Assembly: GCF_009914755.1 (NCBI RefSeq)
Contig: NC_060925.1
Direction: 5' to 3' (one strand)
Source of the DNA: the human T2T-CHM13v2.0 reference genome, Homo sapiens
DNA: 64,000 nucleotides
Under the pieces are notes generated by a model. The model was given only the letters and a program-made list of their open reading frames with translations. It was not told where the DNA came from and did not search any database. The position numbers were made by a program, and so were the translations under genes. How positions within the stretch are numbered: the stretch's first letter is position 1; the number at the start of each line of letters is the position of its first letter. Of the stretch, positions 29,001 to 46,347 are shown in pieces.

Positions 29001-32000
29001 CAGGGGTAGGAGACCATCAGGACAAACACGTGGATACATGGAGGGGAACAACACACACCAGGGCCTCTCAGGGGTACAGGGGGTAGGAGACCATCAGGAC
29101 AAACACGTGGATACATGGAGGGGAACAACACACACCAGGGCCTCTCAGGGGGACAGGGGGTAGGAGACCATCAGGACAAACACGTTGATACATGGAGGGG
29201 AACAACACACACGAGGGCCTCTCAGCGGGACAGGGGGTAGGAGACCATCAGGACAAACACGTGGATACATGGAGGGGAACACCACACACCAGGGCCTCTC
29301 AGGGGGACAGGGGTAGGAGACCATCAGGACAAACACGTGGATACATGGAGGGGAACAACACACACCAGGGCCTCTCAGGGGGACAGGGGTAGGAGACCAT
29401 CAGGACAAACACGTGGATACATGGAGGGGAACAACACACACCAGGGCCTCTCAGGGGAACAGGGGTAGGAGACCATCAGGACAAACATGTGGGTACATGG
29501 AGGGGAACAACACACACCAGGGCCTCTCAGCGGGACAGGGGGTAGGAGACCATCAGGACAAACACATGGATACATGGAGGGGAACAACACACACCAGGGC
29601 CTCTCAGCGGGACAGGGGGTAGGAGACCATCAAGACAAACACGTGGGTACATGGAGGGGAACAACACACACCAGGGCCTCTCAGGGGGACAGGGGTAGGA
29701 GACCATCAGGACAAACACGTGGATACATGGAGGGGAACAACACACACCAGGGCCTCTCAGGGGGACAGGGGGTAGGAGACCATCAGGACAAACACGTGGA
29801 TACATGGAGGGGAACAACACACACCAGGGCCTCTCAGGGGGACAGGGGGTAGGAGACCATCAAGACAAACACGTGGATACATGGAGGGGAACAACACACA
29901 CCAGGGCCTCTCAGCGGGACAGGGGGTAGGAGACCATCAAGACAAACACGTGGGTACATGGAGGGGAACAACACACACCAGGGCCTCTCAGGGGGACAGG
30001 GGTAGGAGACCATCAGGACAAACACGTGGATACATGGAGGGGAACAACACACACCAGGGCCTCTCAGGGGGACAGGGGGTAGGAGACCATCAGGACAAAC
30101 ACGTGGATACATGGAGGGGAACAACACACACCAGGGCCTCTCAGGGGGACAGGGGGTAGGAGACCATCAGGACAAACACGTGGATACATGGAGGGGAACA
30201 ACACACACCAGGGCCTCTCAGCGGGACAGGGGGTAGGAGACCATCAGGACAAACACGTGGATACATGGAGGGGAACACCACACACCAGGGCCTCTCAGGG
30301 GGACAGGGGTAGGAGACCATCAGGACAAACACGTGGATACATGGAGGGGAACACCACACACCAGGGCCTCTCAGGGGGACAGGGGGTAGGAGACCATCAG
30401 GACAAACACGTGGGTACATGGAGGGGAACAACACACACCAGGGCCTCTCAGGGGGACAGGGGGTAGGAGACCATCAAGACAAACACGTGGATACATGGAG
30501 GGGAACAACACACACCAGGGCCTCTCAGGGGGACAGGGGGTAGGAGACCATCAGGACAAACACGTGGGTACATGGAGGGGAACAACACACACCAGGACCT
30601 CTCAGGGGGACAGCGGGTAGGACACCATCAGGACAAACACGTGGGTACATGGAGGGGAACAACACACACCAGGGCCTCTCAGGGGGACAGGGGGTAGGAG
30701 ACCATCAGGACAAACACGTGGGTACATGGAGGGGAACAACACACACCAGGGCCTCTCAGGGGGACAGGGGTTAGGAGACCATCAGGACAAACACGTGGGT
30801 ACATGGAGGGGAACAACACACACCAGGGCCTCTCAGCGGGACAGGGGGTAGGAGACCATCAGGACAAACACGTGGATACATGGAGGGGAACAACACACAC
30901 CAGGGCCTCTCAGGGGGACAGGGGGTAGGAGACCATCAGGACAAACACGTGGATACATGGAGGGGAACAACACACACCAGGGCCTCTCAGGGGGACAGGG
31001 GGTAGGAGACCATCAGGACAAACACGTGGATACATGGAGGGGAACAACACACACCAGGGCCTCTCAGGGGGACAGGGGGTAGGAGACCATCAGGACAAAC
31101 ACGTGGATACATGGAGGGGAACACCACACACCAGGGCCTCTCAGGGGGACAGGGGGTAGGAGACCATCAAGACAAACACGTGGGTACATGGAGGGGAACA
31201 ACACACACCAGGGCCTCTCAGGGGGACAGGGGGTAGGAGACCATCAGGACAAACACGTGGGTACATGGAGGGGAACACCACACACCAGGGCCTCTCAGGG
31301 GGACAGGGGGTAGGAGACCATCAGGACAAACACGTGGATACATGGAGGGGAACAACACACAGCAGGGCCTCTCAGCGGGACAGGGGGTAGGAGACCATCA
31401 GGACAAACACGTGGATACATGGAGGGGAACAACACACACCAGGGCCTCTCAGCGGGACAGGGGGTAGGAGACCATCAGGACAAACACTTGGGTTCATGGA
31501 GGGGAACAACACACACCAGGGCCTCTCAGGGGGACAGGGGGTAGGAGACCATCAGGACAAACACGTGGGTACATGGAGGGGAACAACACACACCAGGGCC
31601 TCTCAGGGGGACAGGGGGTAGGAGACCATCAGGACAAACACGTGGATACATGGAGGGGAACAACACACACCAGGGCCTCTCAGGGGGACAGGGGGTAGGA
31701 GACCATCAGGACAAACACGTGGATACATGGAGGGGAACAACACACACCAGGGCCTCTCAGGGGGACAGGTGGTAGGAGACCATCAGGACAAACACGTGGA
31801 TACATGGAGGGGAACAACACACAACAGGGCCTCTCAGGGGGACAGGGGTAGGAGACCATCAGGACAAACACGTGGGTTCATGGAGGGGAACAACACACAC
31901 CAGGGCCTCTCAGGGGGACAGGGGGTAGGAGACCATCAGAACAAACACGTGGATACATGGAGGGGAACAACACACACCAGGGCCTCTCAGGGGGACAGGG

Positions 32001-34171
32001 GGTAGGAGACCATCAGGACAAACACGTGGATACATGGAGGGGAACAACACACACCAGGGCCTCTCAGGGGGACAGGGGGTAGGAGACCATCAAGACAAAC
32101 ACGTGGATACATGGAGGGGAACAACACACACCAGGGCCTCTCAGGGGGACAGGTGGTAGGAGACCATCAGGACAAACACGTGGATACATGGAGGGGAACA
32201 ACACACAACAGGGCCTCTCAGGGGGACAGGGGTAGGAGACCATCAGGACAAACACGTGGGTTCATGGAGGGGAACAACACACACCAGGGCCTCTCAGGGG
32301 GACAGGGGGTAGGAGACCATCAGAACAAACACGTGGATACATGGAGGGGAACAACACACACCAGGGCCTCTCAGGGGGACAGGGGGTAGGAGACCATCAG
32401 GACAAACACGTGGATACATGGAGGGGAACAACACACACCAGGGCCTCTCAGGGGGACAGGGGGTAGGAGACCATCAAGACAAACACGTGGATACATGGAG
32501 GGGAACAACACACACCAGGGCCTCTCAGGGGGACAGGTGGTAGGAGACCATCAGGACAAACACGTGGATACATGGAGGGGAACAACACACAACAGGGCCT
32601 CTCAGGGGGACAGGGGTAGGAGACCATCAGGACAAACACGTGGGTTCATGGAGGGGAACAACACACACCAGGGCCTCTCAGGGGGACAGGGGGTAGGAGA
32701 CCATCAGGACAAACACGTGGATACATGGAGGGGAACAACACACACCAGGGCCTCTCAGGGGGACAGGGGGTAGGAGACCATCAGGACAAACACGTGGATA
32801 CATGGAGGGGAACAACACACACCAGGGCCTCTCAGTGGGACAGGGGTAGGAGACCATCAAGACAAACACGTGGGTACATGGAGGGGAACAACACACACCA
32901 GGGCCTCTCAGGGGGACAGGGGGTAGGAGACCATCAGGACAAACACATGGATACATGGAGGGGAACAACACACACCAGGGCCTCTCAGGGGGACAGGGGG
33001 TAGGAGACCATCAAGACAAACACGTGGATACATGGAGGGGAACAACACACACCAGGGCCTCTCAGCGGGACAGGGGGTAGGAGACCATCAGGACAAACAC
33101 GTGGGTACATGGAGGGGAACAACACACACCAGGGCCTCTCAGGGGGACAGGGGGTAGGAGACCATCAGGACAAACACGTGGGTACATGGAGGGGAACAAC
33201 ACACACCAGGGCCTCTCAGGGGGACAGGGGGTAGGAGACCATCAAGACAAACACGTTGGTACATGGAGGGGAACAACACACACCAGGGCCTCTCAGCGGG
33301 ACAGGGGTAGGAGACCATCAAGACAAACACGTGGGTACATGGAGGGGAACAACACACACTAGGGCCTCTCAGGGGGACGGGGTAGGAGACCATCAAGACA
33401 CACACGTGGGTACATGGAGGGGAACAACACACACCAGGGCCTCTCAGGGGGACAGGGGGTAGGAGACCATCAGGACACACACGTGGGTACATGGAGGGGA
33501 ACAACACACACCAGGGCCTCTCAGCGGGACAGGGGGTAGGAGACCATCAGGACAAACACGTGGATACATGGAGGGGAACAACACACACCAGGGCCTCTCA
33601 GCGGGACAGGGGGTAGGAGACCATCAGGACAAACACGTGGGTACATGGAGGGGAACAACACACACCAGGGCCTCTCAGGGGGACAGGGGGTAGGAGACCA
33701 TCAGGACAAACACGTGGGTACATGGAGGGGAACAACACACACCAGGGCCTCTCAGGGGGACAGGGGGTAGGAGACCATCAAGACAAACACGTTGGTACAT
33801 GGAGGGGAACAACACACACCAGGGCCTCTCAGCGGGACAGGGGTAGGAGACCATCAAGACAAACACGTGGGTACATGGAGGGGAACAACACACACCAGGG
33901 CCTCTCAGGGGGACAGGGGGTAGGAGACCATCAAGACAAACACGTGGATACATGGAGGGGAACAACACACACCAGGGCCTCTCAGGGGGACAGGGGGTAG
34001 GAGACCATCAGGACAAACACGTGGGTACATGGAGGGGAACAACACACACCAGGGCCTCTCAGGGGGACGGGGGGTAGGAGACCATCAGGACAAACACGTG
34101 GGTACATGGAGGGGAACAACACACACCAGGGCCTCTCAGCGGGACAGGGGGTAGGAGACCATCAGGACAAA
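26033..34171 (+). repeat. VNTR/minisatellite, 76-77-bp unit, about 106 copies, derived from L1 3' UTR
   Basis: Unit ggagaccatcaggacaaacacgtggatacatggaggggaacaacacacaccagggcctctcagggggacagggggta; flanked by gaacaatgagag (left) and tagctaatgcatg (right), which are contiguous L1 3' UTR. Copy number from length/unit. Confidence 0.98.
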
Positions 34172-34779
34172 TAGCTAATGCATGCAGGGCCTCATACCTA
34201 GGTGATGGGTTGATGGGTGCAGCAAACCACCATGGCACACATTTACCTATGTATCAACCTATACTTTCTGCACGTGTATCCCAGAACATAAAATAAAATT
34301 TAAAAAATATATACACTGATTCATGATCTCCTTTCTCTGCTTCTGAAACACTCTTTAAAACTTTTTAGCATTTCCCCCTCTGTCTTCCATGTCTCCTAAC
34401 TACATGTTTCTTATTTTCCATGTCTTTATTCCTGTGTTCATTTTGGATAGCCCCTTCTGACCTATATTACAGTTTACTAGTTCACTCTTCAACTGCTTCT
34501 AACATACTAATATTCTGTTAAAACCATTCATTTGGGTTTAAATTTCAATTATGTTATTCTCTATGGACATTCTATTTGTTTTCTTTTAATCTTCTTGGCC
34601 ATTCTCTAGAGTTTCCTGTTCCATTATGATATTTTTAATTTTTTGTTTTACTTTAAACATACTAAATATAGTTATTTTATTTTATTTTCTGTATCTGATA
34701 CTTTCAATAACTGCAGTCTTTGCTAGTCTTTTTTCTGTGCTCTTGCTCATAGTTTTTTTCATTTGTTTTCATGATTAGA

Positions 34780-34870
34780 AAAACAGAGAGAGAAGAAGGA
34801 GAGTAAAGGGAGGAGGAGGAGGAGGAGAAAAGAAGAAAGCAGAGAAGAAGGGACAGAGAAAAAAAGGAAG
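34780..34870. repeat. GA-rich low-complexity tract
   Basis: Purine-rich run with (GGA)n. Confidence 0.8.
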
Positions 34871-34956
34871 TTGGTTCTAATGTTTCTCTAACAACTGGCT
34901 TCAGTGAAACACTCCCACCTTGTGGATTTTTAGGTTATTGAAATTAACCAGTCTTC

Positions 34957-35062
34957 TGGGTGCAGCACACCAACATGGCACATGTATACATATGTAACAA
35001 ACCTGCACTTTGTGCACATGTACCCTAAAACTTAAAGTATAATAAAAAGTAAAATAAAAAGC
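34957..35062 (+). mobile_element. Short L1PA (PA4-like) 3' terminus
   Basis: tgggtgcagcacaccaacatggcacatgtatac...aaaacttaaagtataataaaaa. Confidence 0.9.
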
Positions 35063-35479
35063 TACACAAATTTAAAAAAAAAGAAATCAACCTAATTCCT
35101 AGATTACCACCTCTTGATTCAAATGCTTTAAATCTAGGCTTTTCATCTGAGTCTTTCTTTTTAGTTATTCTGTTTATCTTCAAAACACTCCTGCTTTGAA
35201 TCATTCAAAATCTACCTCCCTCCCTCTGTTTGACTACCATCAATTTTTTTGCTCATTCCTAATGCATTAATCTATTAGCTGTGAATATCCAAAAACCCTC
35301 ATTTCACTGAATCTTTGACAGACCCCTTTGCATCCTCTTGTTCTTCTAATTATTTCCTCAGAAACTTTATGTTCTCTTTTCTTTACAAGCATGTCATAGT
35401 TTATATATAATGTGTGTATTGTTTTTATATATACCTATATATAGCCTCTTTTTAAAAGCACTATACACCATGCTTTGAA

Positions 35480-36330
35480 ATATATTCTAAAATCAGGTAG
35501 CATGAAAATGGAAACATAACATACTAAAACATATGGGATGCAACAAAAGCAGTTATAAGAGGGACATTTATAGCAATAAATGCCTACATCAAAAAAGAAA
35601 AAAAAGATCTCAAATAAGCAACCTAATATTATGCCTAAAGGAGCGAGAAAATTAGAGAACAATACAAGCCCAAAGATAGCAGAAGGAAACAAATAACAAA
35701 GATCAGAGCAGAAATAATATAATAGAAACTGAAAATTTCAATAAAAATAATAATTGTTTTTTGAAAAGATAAACAAAATTAACAAATTCTTACATAGACT
35801 AAGAAAAAAGAAAACAAACTCAGAAGTGAAAGAAGAGACATTACAACTGATACCACAGAAGTTAAAAAATCATAACATACTACTATAAACAATTATTCAC
35901 CAGCAAATTAGATAACCTAGAAGAAATTGATAAACTCGTACCAAAACTGAATCATGAAGAATTCAAAATTTAGAAGAAATCATGAATAAGGAAATTAAAT
36001 CACCAATGAAAGGTCTCTCATAAAAGAAAGACCCAGGATTGAATGGCTTGGTGGCTGAATTCCAACAAACACTTAGATGACTAACACCAATCCTTCCCAA
36101 ACTCTTCCAAAAAAAATGAAGAAGAGGAATACTTCCAAATTCATTTTTCAAAACCAGCATTACCGTGATACCAAAACCAGAGAAGGACACTATAATAAAA
36201 ATAAATTGCAGACCAATACTCCTGATGAACTTGGATGGAAAAACCTTCAGCCAAATATTAGCAAATATTATTTTTAAAAAAACACAGCAAAAAAATTCAC
36301 CATGCTTAAGTGGGATTCATCCCTGGGAAG
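35480..36330 (+). mobile_element. Old L1M ORF2 fragment
   Basis: atatgggatgcaacaaaagcagt..., caagtgggattcatccctgg-like motifs; overlaps the same ORF2 region as the next fragment, so likely a separate copy. Confidence 0.75.
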
Positions 36331-36965
36331 CTTATTAGTCTTATTTGATTCGTGTAATCAGAAAATTTCTATGTCTAGTGAAGAGAAATGAGAGCAATAG
36401 AGACTCATAGCACCTCAACAAATGTCCAGGCTTGAGCCAGTTAACAAATACAAGTCCTTCAAATACAAAAAAGACTGTGAAAGAAAATAGAACAGATCAA
36501 TGAAACTAAGAATTTGTTCTTTGAAAAGATAAAACTGACAAACCATTAGCTAGACTAGAAAAATGAGAGAATACTCAAAGCAATAAAATCAGAAATGAAA
36601 GAGGAAATATTGCAACTAATACCACAGAAATACAGAGGATCATAAGAGGCCACTATAAACAATTACAAGCCAACAAATTGGATAACCTAGAAAAAGCAGA
36701 TAAATTTCTAGAAAAATGCAACTTACCTAGAGAAAGTCAAGAAGAAAGATAAAATCTGAACAGAACAATACTGAGTATGGAGAGTATATCAATAATAAAA
36801 CATCTCCCATCAAAGAACATCCCAGGACCAGAAAACTTCATTGCTGAATTCTAACATTTTAAAAAATAATAATACAATCCTTCTGAAATTCTTCCAAAAA
36901 CTTGAAGGAGAAAGAGTATTTCCAAACTCATTTTAAAAGATCAGCATTATTGTTTTTTTTTTAAA

Positions 36966-37885
36966 GTGAAGTTCCCCTTCCTGTGTCCATGTGTTCTCAT
37001 TGTCCAATTCCCACCTATGAGTGAGAACATGCAGTGTTTGGTTTTTTGTCCTTGTGATTGTTTGCTGAGAATGATGGTTTCCAGCTTCATCCATGTCCCT
37101 ACAAAGGACATGAACTCATCATTTTTTATGGCTGCATAGTATTCCATGGTGTATATGTGCCACATTTTCTTAATCCAGTCTATCATTGTTGGACATTTGG
37201 ATTGGTTCCAAGTCTTTGCTATTGTGAATAGTGCCACAGTAAACATACGTGTGCATGTGTCTTTATAGCAGCATGATTTATAGTCCTTTGGGTATATACC
37301 CAGTAATGGGATGGCTGGGTCAAATGGTATTTCTAGTTCTAGATCCCTGCGGAATCGCCACACTGTCTTCCACAATGGTTGAACTAGTTTACAGTCCCAC
37401 CAACAGTGTAAAAATGTTCCTATTTCTCCACATCCTCTCCAGCACCTGTTGTTTCCTGACTTTTTAATGATGGCCATTCTAACTGGTGTAAGATGGTATC
37501 TCATTGTGGTTTTGATTTGCATTTCTCTGATGGCCAGTGATAGTGAGCATTTTTTCATGTGTTTTTTGGCTGCATAAATGTCTTCTTTTGAGAAGTGTCT
37601 GTTCATATCCTTTGCCCACTTTTTGATGGGGTTGTTTGTTTTTTTCTTGTAAATTTGTTTGGGTTCATTGTAGATTCCGGATATTAGCACTGGGGCCTGT
37701 TGTGGGGTGGGGGGAGGGGGGAGGGATAGCATTAGGAGATATACCTAATGTTAAATGATGAGTTAATGGGTGCAGCACACCAGCATGGCACATGTATACA
37801 TATGTAACTAACCTGTACGTTGTGCACATGTATCCTAAAACTTAAAGTATAATTTAAAAAATAAATAAATAAAAATAAAAATAAA
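36966..37885 (+). mobile_element. 5'-inverted (twin-primed) L1PA3-like insertion
   Basis: 36966-37688 is ORF2 end/3' UTR in reverse; 37689-37885 is the remaining 3' UTR forward with poly-A; the two parts are nearly contiguous in L1 coordinates (ggggaacttcac | actggggcc). Confidence 0.9.
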
Positions 37886-39061
37886 AAGGCAAACAAGGAC
37901 ACTATAAGAAAAGTATGGGCCAACCAATATCCCTGATGAACACAGATACAAAAGTCCTCAAAAAAAAGTACTAGCAAACAGAATTTAACAACATATTAGG
38001 AGAACATTTACCATGATAAAGTGGATTTATCCTCCAGATGTTTCAGCAAACACAAATCAAATGTGATAAACCACATTAACAGAATGAAGGATAAAAAAAT
38101 AGCTATCTCTATATATGCAGAAAAAGCATTTGACTAAATTCAAAATCCTCTCATGACTAAACCTCTCAACAAATTGGGCATAGAAGGCATGTACCTTAAC
38201 ACAAAACAGGACATATATAACAAGCTCACAGCTCACATCATACCCAACAATGAAAAAGTGAAATCTTTTCTGCTAAGATCAAAAACAAGACAAGGATATT
38301 TATTCTCACTACTTCTATTCAACTTATTTCTGGAAGTCCTAGCCAGAGCAATTAAGCCAAATAAAGAAATAAAAGATTCAAATTGAAAAGGAAGAAGTAA
38401 AATTGTCTCTGTTTGATGACATATTATATATAGGAAACCCTAAAAACTCCACCAAAAAGCTATTAGAAATGATAAATGAATTCAATAAAATTTCAGAATT
38501 CAAAATCAATGTACAAAACTCAGTAGTTTCTTTACACTCACAACAAACTATATGACAAAAATAAAGAAATCAATCTCATTCACAGTAGCATCAAAAAAAA
38601 CGTATTTTTTTTGTTTAGGAGCACATTTAGGATTGTACTTAGGAGTACATTTAACCAAGGAGGTGAAAGATCTGTATTCTGAACACTATAAAACATTGAT
38701 GAAAAATTGTAGATGACACAAATACATGGAAAGATATTTTATGTTCATGGGTAGGAAGAATTAATATTCTTAAAATGTCCTTACTGCCCAAAGCGATTTA
38801 TAGGTTTAATGCAATATTTATCAAAATTTCAATGTCATTCTTCACAGAAATAGAAAAAACAATTTGAAAATTTATATGGAACCACAAAGGATCCTGAATA
38901 ACTAAAGGACTCTTGAGCAATAAGAACAAAGCTGAAGGCCTCACAATCTGACTTCAAAACATATTACAGGAAAAGAACAAAAGAAGGAAGAAGAGGGTAG
39001 AGGAGAAGTGCAGCAAGGGTGGAGGGAGGTGCCCACGCTGGGTCGGAGGAGCAGGAGGAGT

Positions 39062-39460
<399 letters not shown>

Positions 39461-41477
39461 TGTTTCCCTCCCTGTCTGTCCATTGTGGATGAGCTCTGAG
39501 CCCTGTTTTCCTGTGAAGATTCTTTGAATTGCAGCCATTCTATTCACATGAACTCTCACATCTGGAGCACAGATGGCCCTCTCAAGGTAATTTATTGTAT
39601 GCATTGACTGTTTACCAAACAAATGTCTTACTATGTACTCAGGTATATTCAGCAGCATTGTCGACTGCAGTCCCCTATGCTTGCCAGAAGATACTGTATT
39701 CAAAGTAGAAGTTTCACAGTGATGAGTAATCACTGCAATTTTCCCATTGCTCCATGGAATCTCGGAGGCCGGTGTTCTGTTCCCTGTAAATAGAGATGTA
39801 CTCTGAACCTTTCTGCCTCCCTCAGCTGTTCCTAGTCCTTGGTATCAGCCCCTGGAGATGTCCACAACCACTTAGGACAAAAGGCAAAAGTGGAATTTCA
39901 GACAAAACTTTGATAGGATCTTCAGTGATAAACTTGGACTAACTGTGGCCCAGGTATCAGCACTCCCAAGAATTGCCAGGAGGAAGCTTTGGCAGACACC
40001 ACAGGTATGGCAAGGCCTATCTCCCTCTGCTGAATCCAACAGGGGCAAGCAAGCTGGCATGTGGCTTGAGGTGACCCGAATATGTCAGCACCCCTCAGAT
40101 GTCTTTCTTTGCACTTTTGAAAAAAATCTCAGAATTTGCTGGCAACATGGCCAAATAGGAACAGCTCCAGTCTGCAGCTCCCAGTGAGATCAATGCAGAA
40201 TGCAGGTGATTTCTGCATTTCCAACTGAGGTACCTGGTTCATCTCACTGGGACTGGTTGGACAGTGGGTGCAGCCCACGGAGGGTGAGCCAAAGCAGAAT
40301 GGGGCGTTGCCTCACCCAGGAAGTGCAAGGGGTTGGGGGAATTCCCTCCCCTAGCCAAGGGAAGCCCCGAGGGACTGTACCATGAGGAACGGTGCACTCC
40401 ACCCAGAAACTATGCTTTTCTCATGGTCTTCACAATCCACAGACCAGGAGATTCCCTCCAGTGCCTCTGCCACCAAGGCCCTAGGTTTCAAGCACAAAAC
40501 TAGGCAGCTGTTTGGGCAGACACCGAGCTAGCTGCAGGAGGTTTTTTTTTTTTCATGCCACAGTGGCAACTGGAATGCCAACAAGACAGAACCATTCTCT
40601 CTCCTGGAAAGGGGGCTGAAGCCAGGGAGCCAAGTGGTCTGGCTCGGCGGGTCCCACCCCTACAGAGCCCAGCAAGCTAAGATCCACTGGCTTGAAATTC
40701 TTGCACAGCAGTCTGAGGTTGACCTAGGACACTAGAGCTTGGTGGGGGGAGGGGCTTCCACATTGCCAAGGCTTGAGTAGGCAGTTTTACCCTCACTGTG
40801 TAAACAAAGCCACCAGAAAGTTTGAACTGGGTGGAGCCCACCACAACTCAGCAAGGCCACAGCAGCCAGACTGCCTCTCTAGATTTCTCCTCTCTGGGCA
40901 AGGCATCTCTGAAAAAAGGGCAGCAGCCCCAGTCAGAGACCTATAGATAAAACCCCCATCTCCCTGGAACAGAGCACCTAGGGGAAAGGGCGGCTGTGGG
41001 CACAGCTTCAGCAGACTTAAAGCATCTTTGAAAAGCCTGATGGCTCTGAAGAGAGCAGCAGATCTCCCTGCACAGTATTCGAGCTCTGATAAGGGTCAGA
41101 CTGCCTCCTCAAGTGGGTCCCTGACCCCCGTGTATCCTGACTGGGAGACACCTCCCCGTAGGTGCCAACAGGCACCTCATACAGGAGAGCTCTGGCTGGC
41201 ATCTGGTGGGTGCCCCTCTGGGACAAAACTTCCAGAGGAAGAAACAGGCAGCAATCTTGGCTGTTCTCCAGCCTCTGCTGGTGATACCCAGGCAAACAGG
41301 GTCTAGAGTAGACCTAGGGCAAACCCCAACAGACCTGCAGCAGAGGGGCCTGACTGTTAGAAGGAAAACTAACAAACAAAAAGGAATAGCATCAACATCA
41401 ACAAAAAGGACAGCCACTCAGTGACCCCATCAGAAGGTCACCAACATCAGAAACCACAGGTAGATAAATCCATGAAG

Positions 41478-42506
41478 ATGGAGAGAAACCAGAGCAAAAA
41501 GGCTGAAAATTCCAAAAACCAGAACGCCTCTTCTCCTCCAAAGGATCACAACTCCTCACCAGCAAGGGAACAAAAGAAAACTGGACAGAGAATGAGTTTG
41601 ACGAATTGAGAGAAGTAGGTTTCAGAAGGTAGGTAATAACAAACTCCTCCAAGCTAAAGGAGCATGTCCTAACCCAATGTAAGGAAGCTAAGGACCTGGA
41701 AAAAAGGCTAGACCACTTGCTAACTAGAATAACCAGTTTAGAGAAGAACATAAATGACCTGATGGAGCTGAAAAACACGCCATGAGAACTTCATGCAGCA
41801 TGCACAAGGATCAAGCACTGATTCGGTCAAGCGGAAGAAAGATATCAGAGACTGAATATCAACTTAATGAAATAAATCAAGAAGACAAGATTAGAGAAAA
41901 AAGAATGAAAAGAAATGAACAAAGCCTCCAAGAAATATGGGACTATGTGAAACGACCAAATCTACGTTTGATTGCTGTACCTGAAAGTGATGGGGAGAAT
42001 GGAACCAAGTTAGAAAACACTCTTCGGGATATTATCCAGGAGAACTTCCCTAACCTAGCAAGGCAGGCCAATATTCAAATTCAGAAATATGGAGAACATC
42101 ACAAAGACACTCCTCAAGAAAAGCAACCCCAAGACACATAGTCATCAGATTGAGCAAGGTTGAAATGAAGGAAAAAATGTTAAGGGCAGCCAGAGAGAAA
42201 GGTCAGGTTACCCACAAAGGGAAGCCCATCAGACTAACAGCAGATCTATCAGCAGAAACTCTACAAGCCAGAAGAGAATGGGGGCCAATATTCAACATTC
42301 TTAAAGAAAAGAATTTTCCACCCAGGATTTCATATCCAGCCAAACTAAGCTTCATAAGTGAAGGAGAAATAAAATCCTTTACAGACAAGCAAATGCTGAG
42401 AGATTTTGTCACCACCAGGCCTGCCTTAAAGGAGCTCCTGAAGGAAGCACTAAACATGGAAAGGAACAACTGGTATCAGCCACTGCAAAAACATACCAAA
42501 TCGTAA
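41478..42506 (+). pseudogene. L1 ORF1p, disrupted
   Basis: MERNQSKKAENSKNQ..., NEQSLQEIWDYVKRPNLRLI, GKPIRLTADLSAETLQARREWGPIF in different frames. Confidence 0.9.
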
Positions 42507-42568
42507 AGACCATTGACACTATGAAGAAACTGCATTAACTAACAGCAAAATAACCAGCTAGCATCGTA

Positions 42569-46347
<3,779 letters not shown>

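Noticed and set aside
26026-34000. Many ORFs (up to 199 aa) with repeating MEGNNTHQGLSG / MLFPSMYPRVCPD peptides
   Set aside because: By-products of the 76/77-bp period: each unit has a stop in one frame and 76-bp variants let frames escape it; no coding evidence.
26033-34171. CRISPR-like regular array
   Set aside because: Units are near-identical throughout with no unique spacers; primate L1-derived minisatellite.
26033-34171. SVA element VNTR
   Set aside because: No CCCTCT hexamers, antisense Alu-like domain or SINE-R; unit is L1 3' UTR sequence.
35040-35100. Possible 3' transduction after the short L1PA end (second A tract)
   Set aside because: Intervening sequence is only about 13 bp and the TSD match is weak; tail decay explains it equally well.
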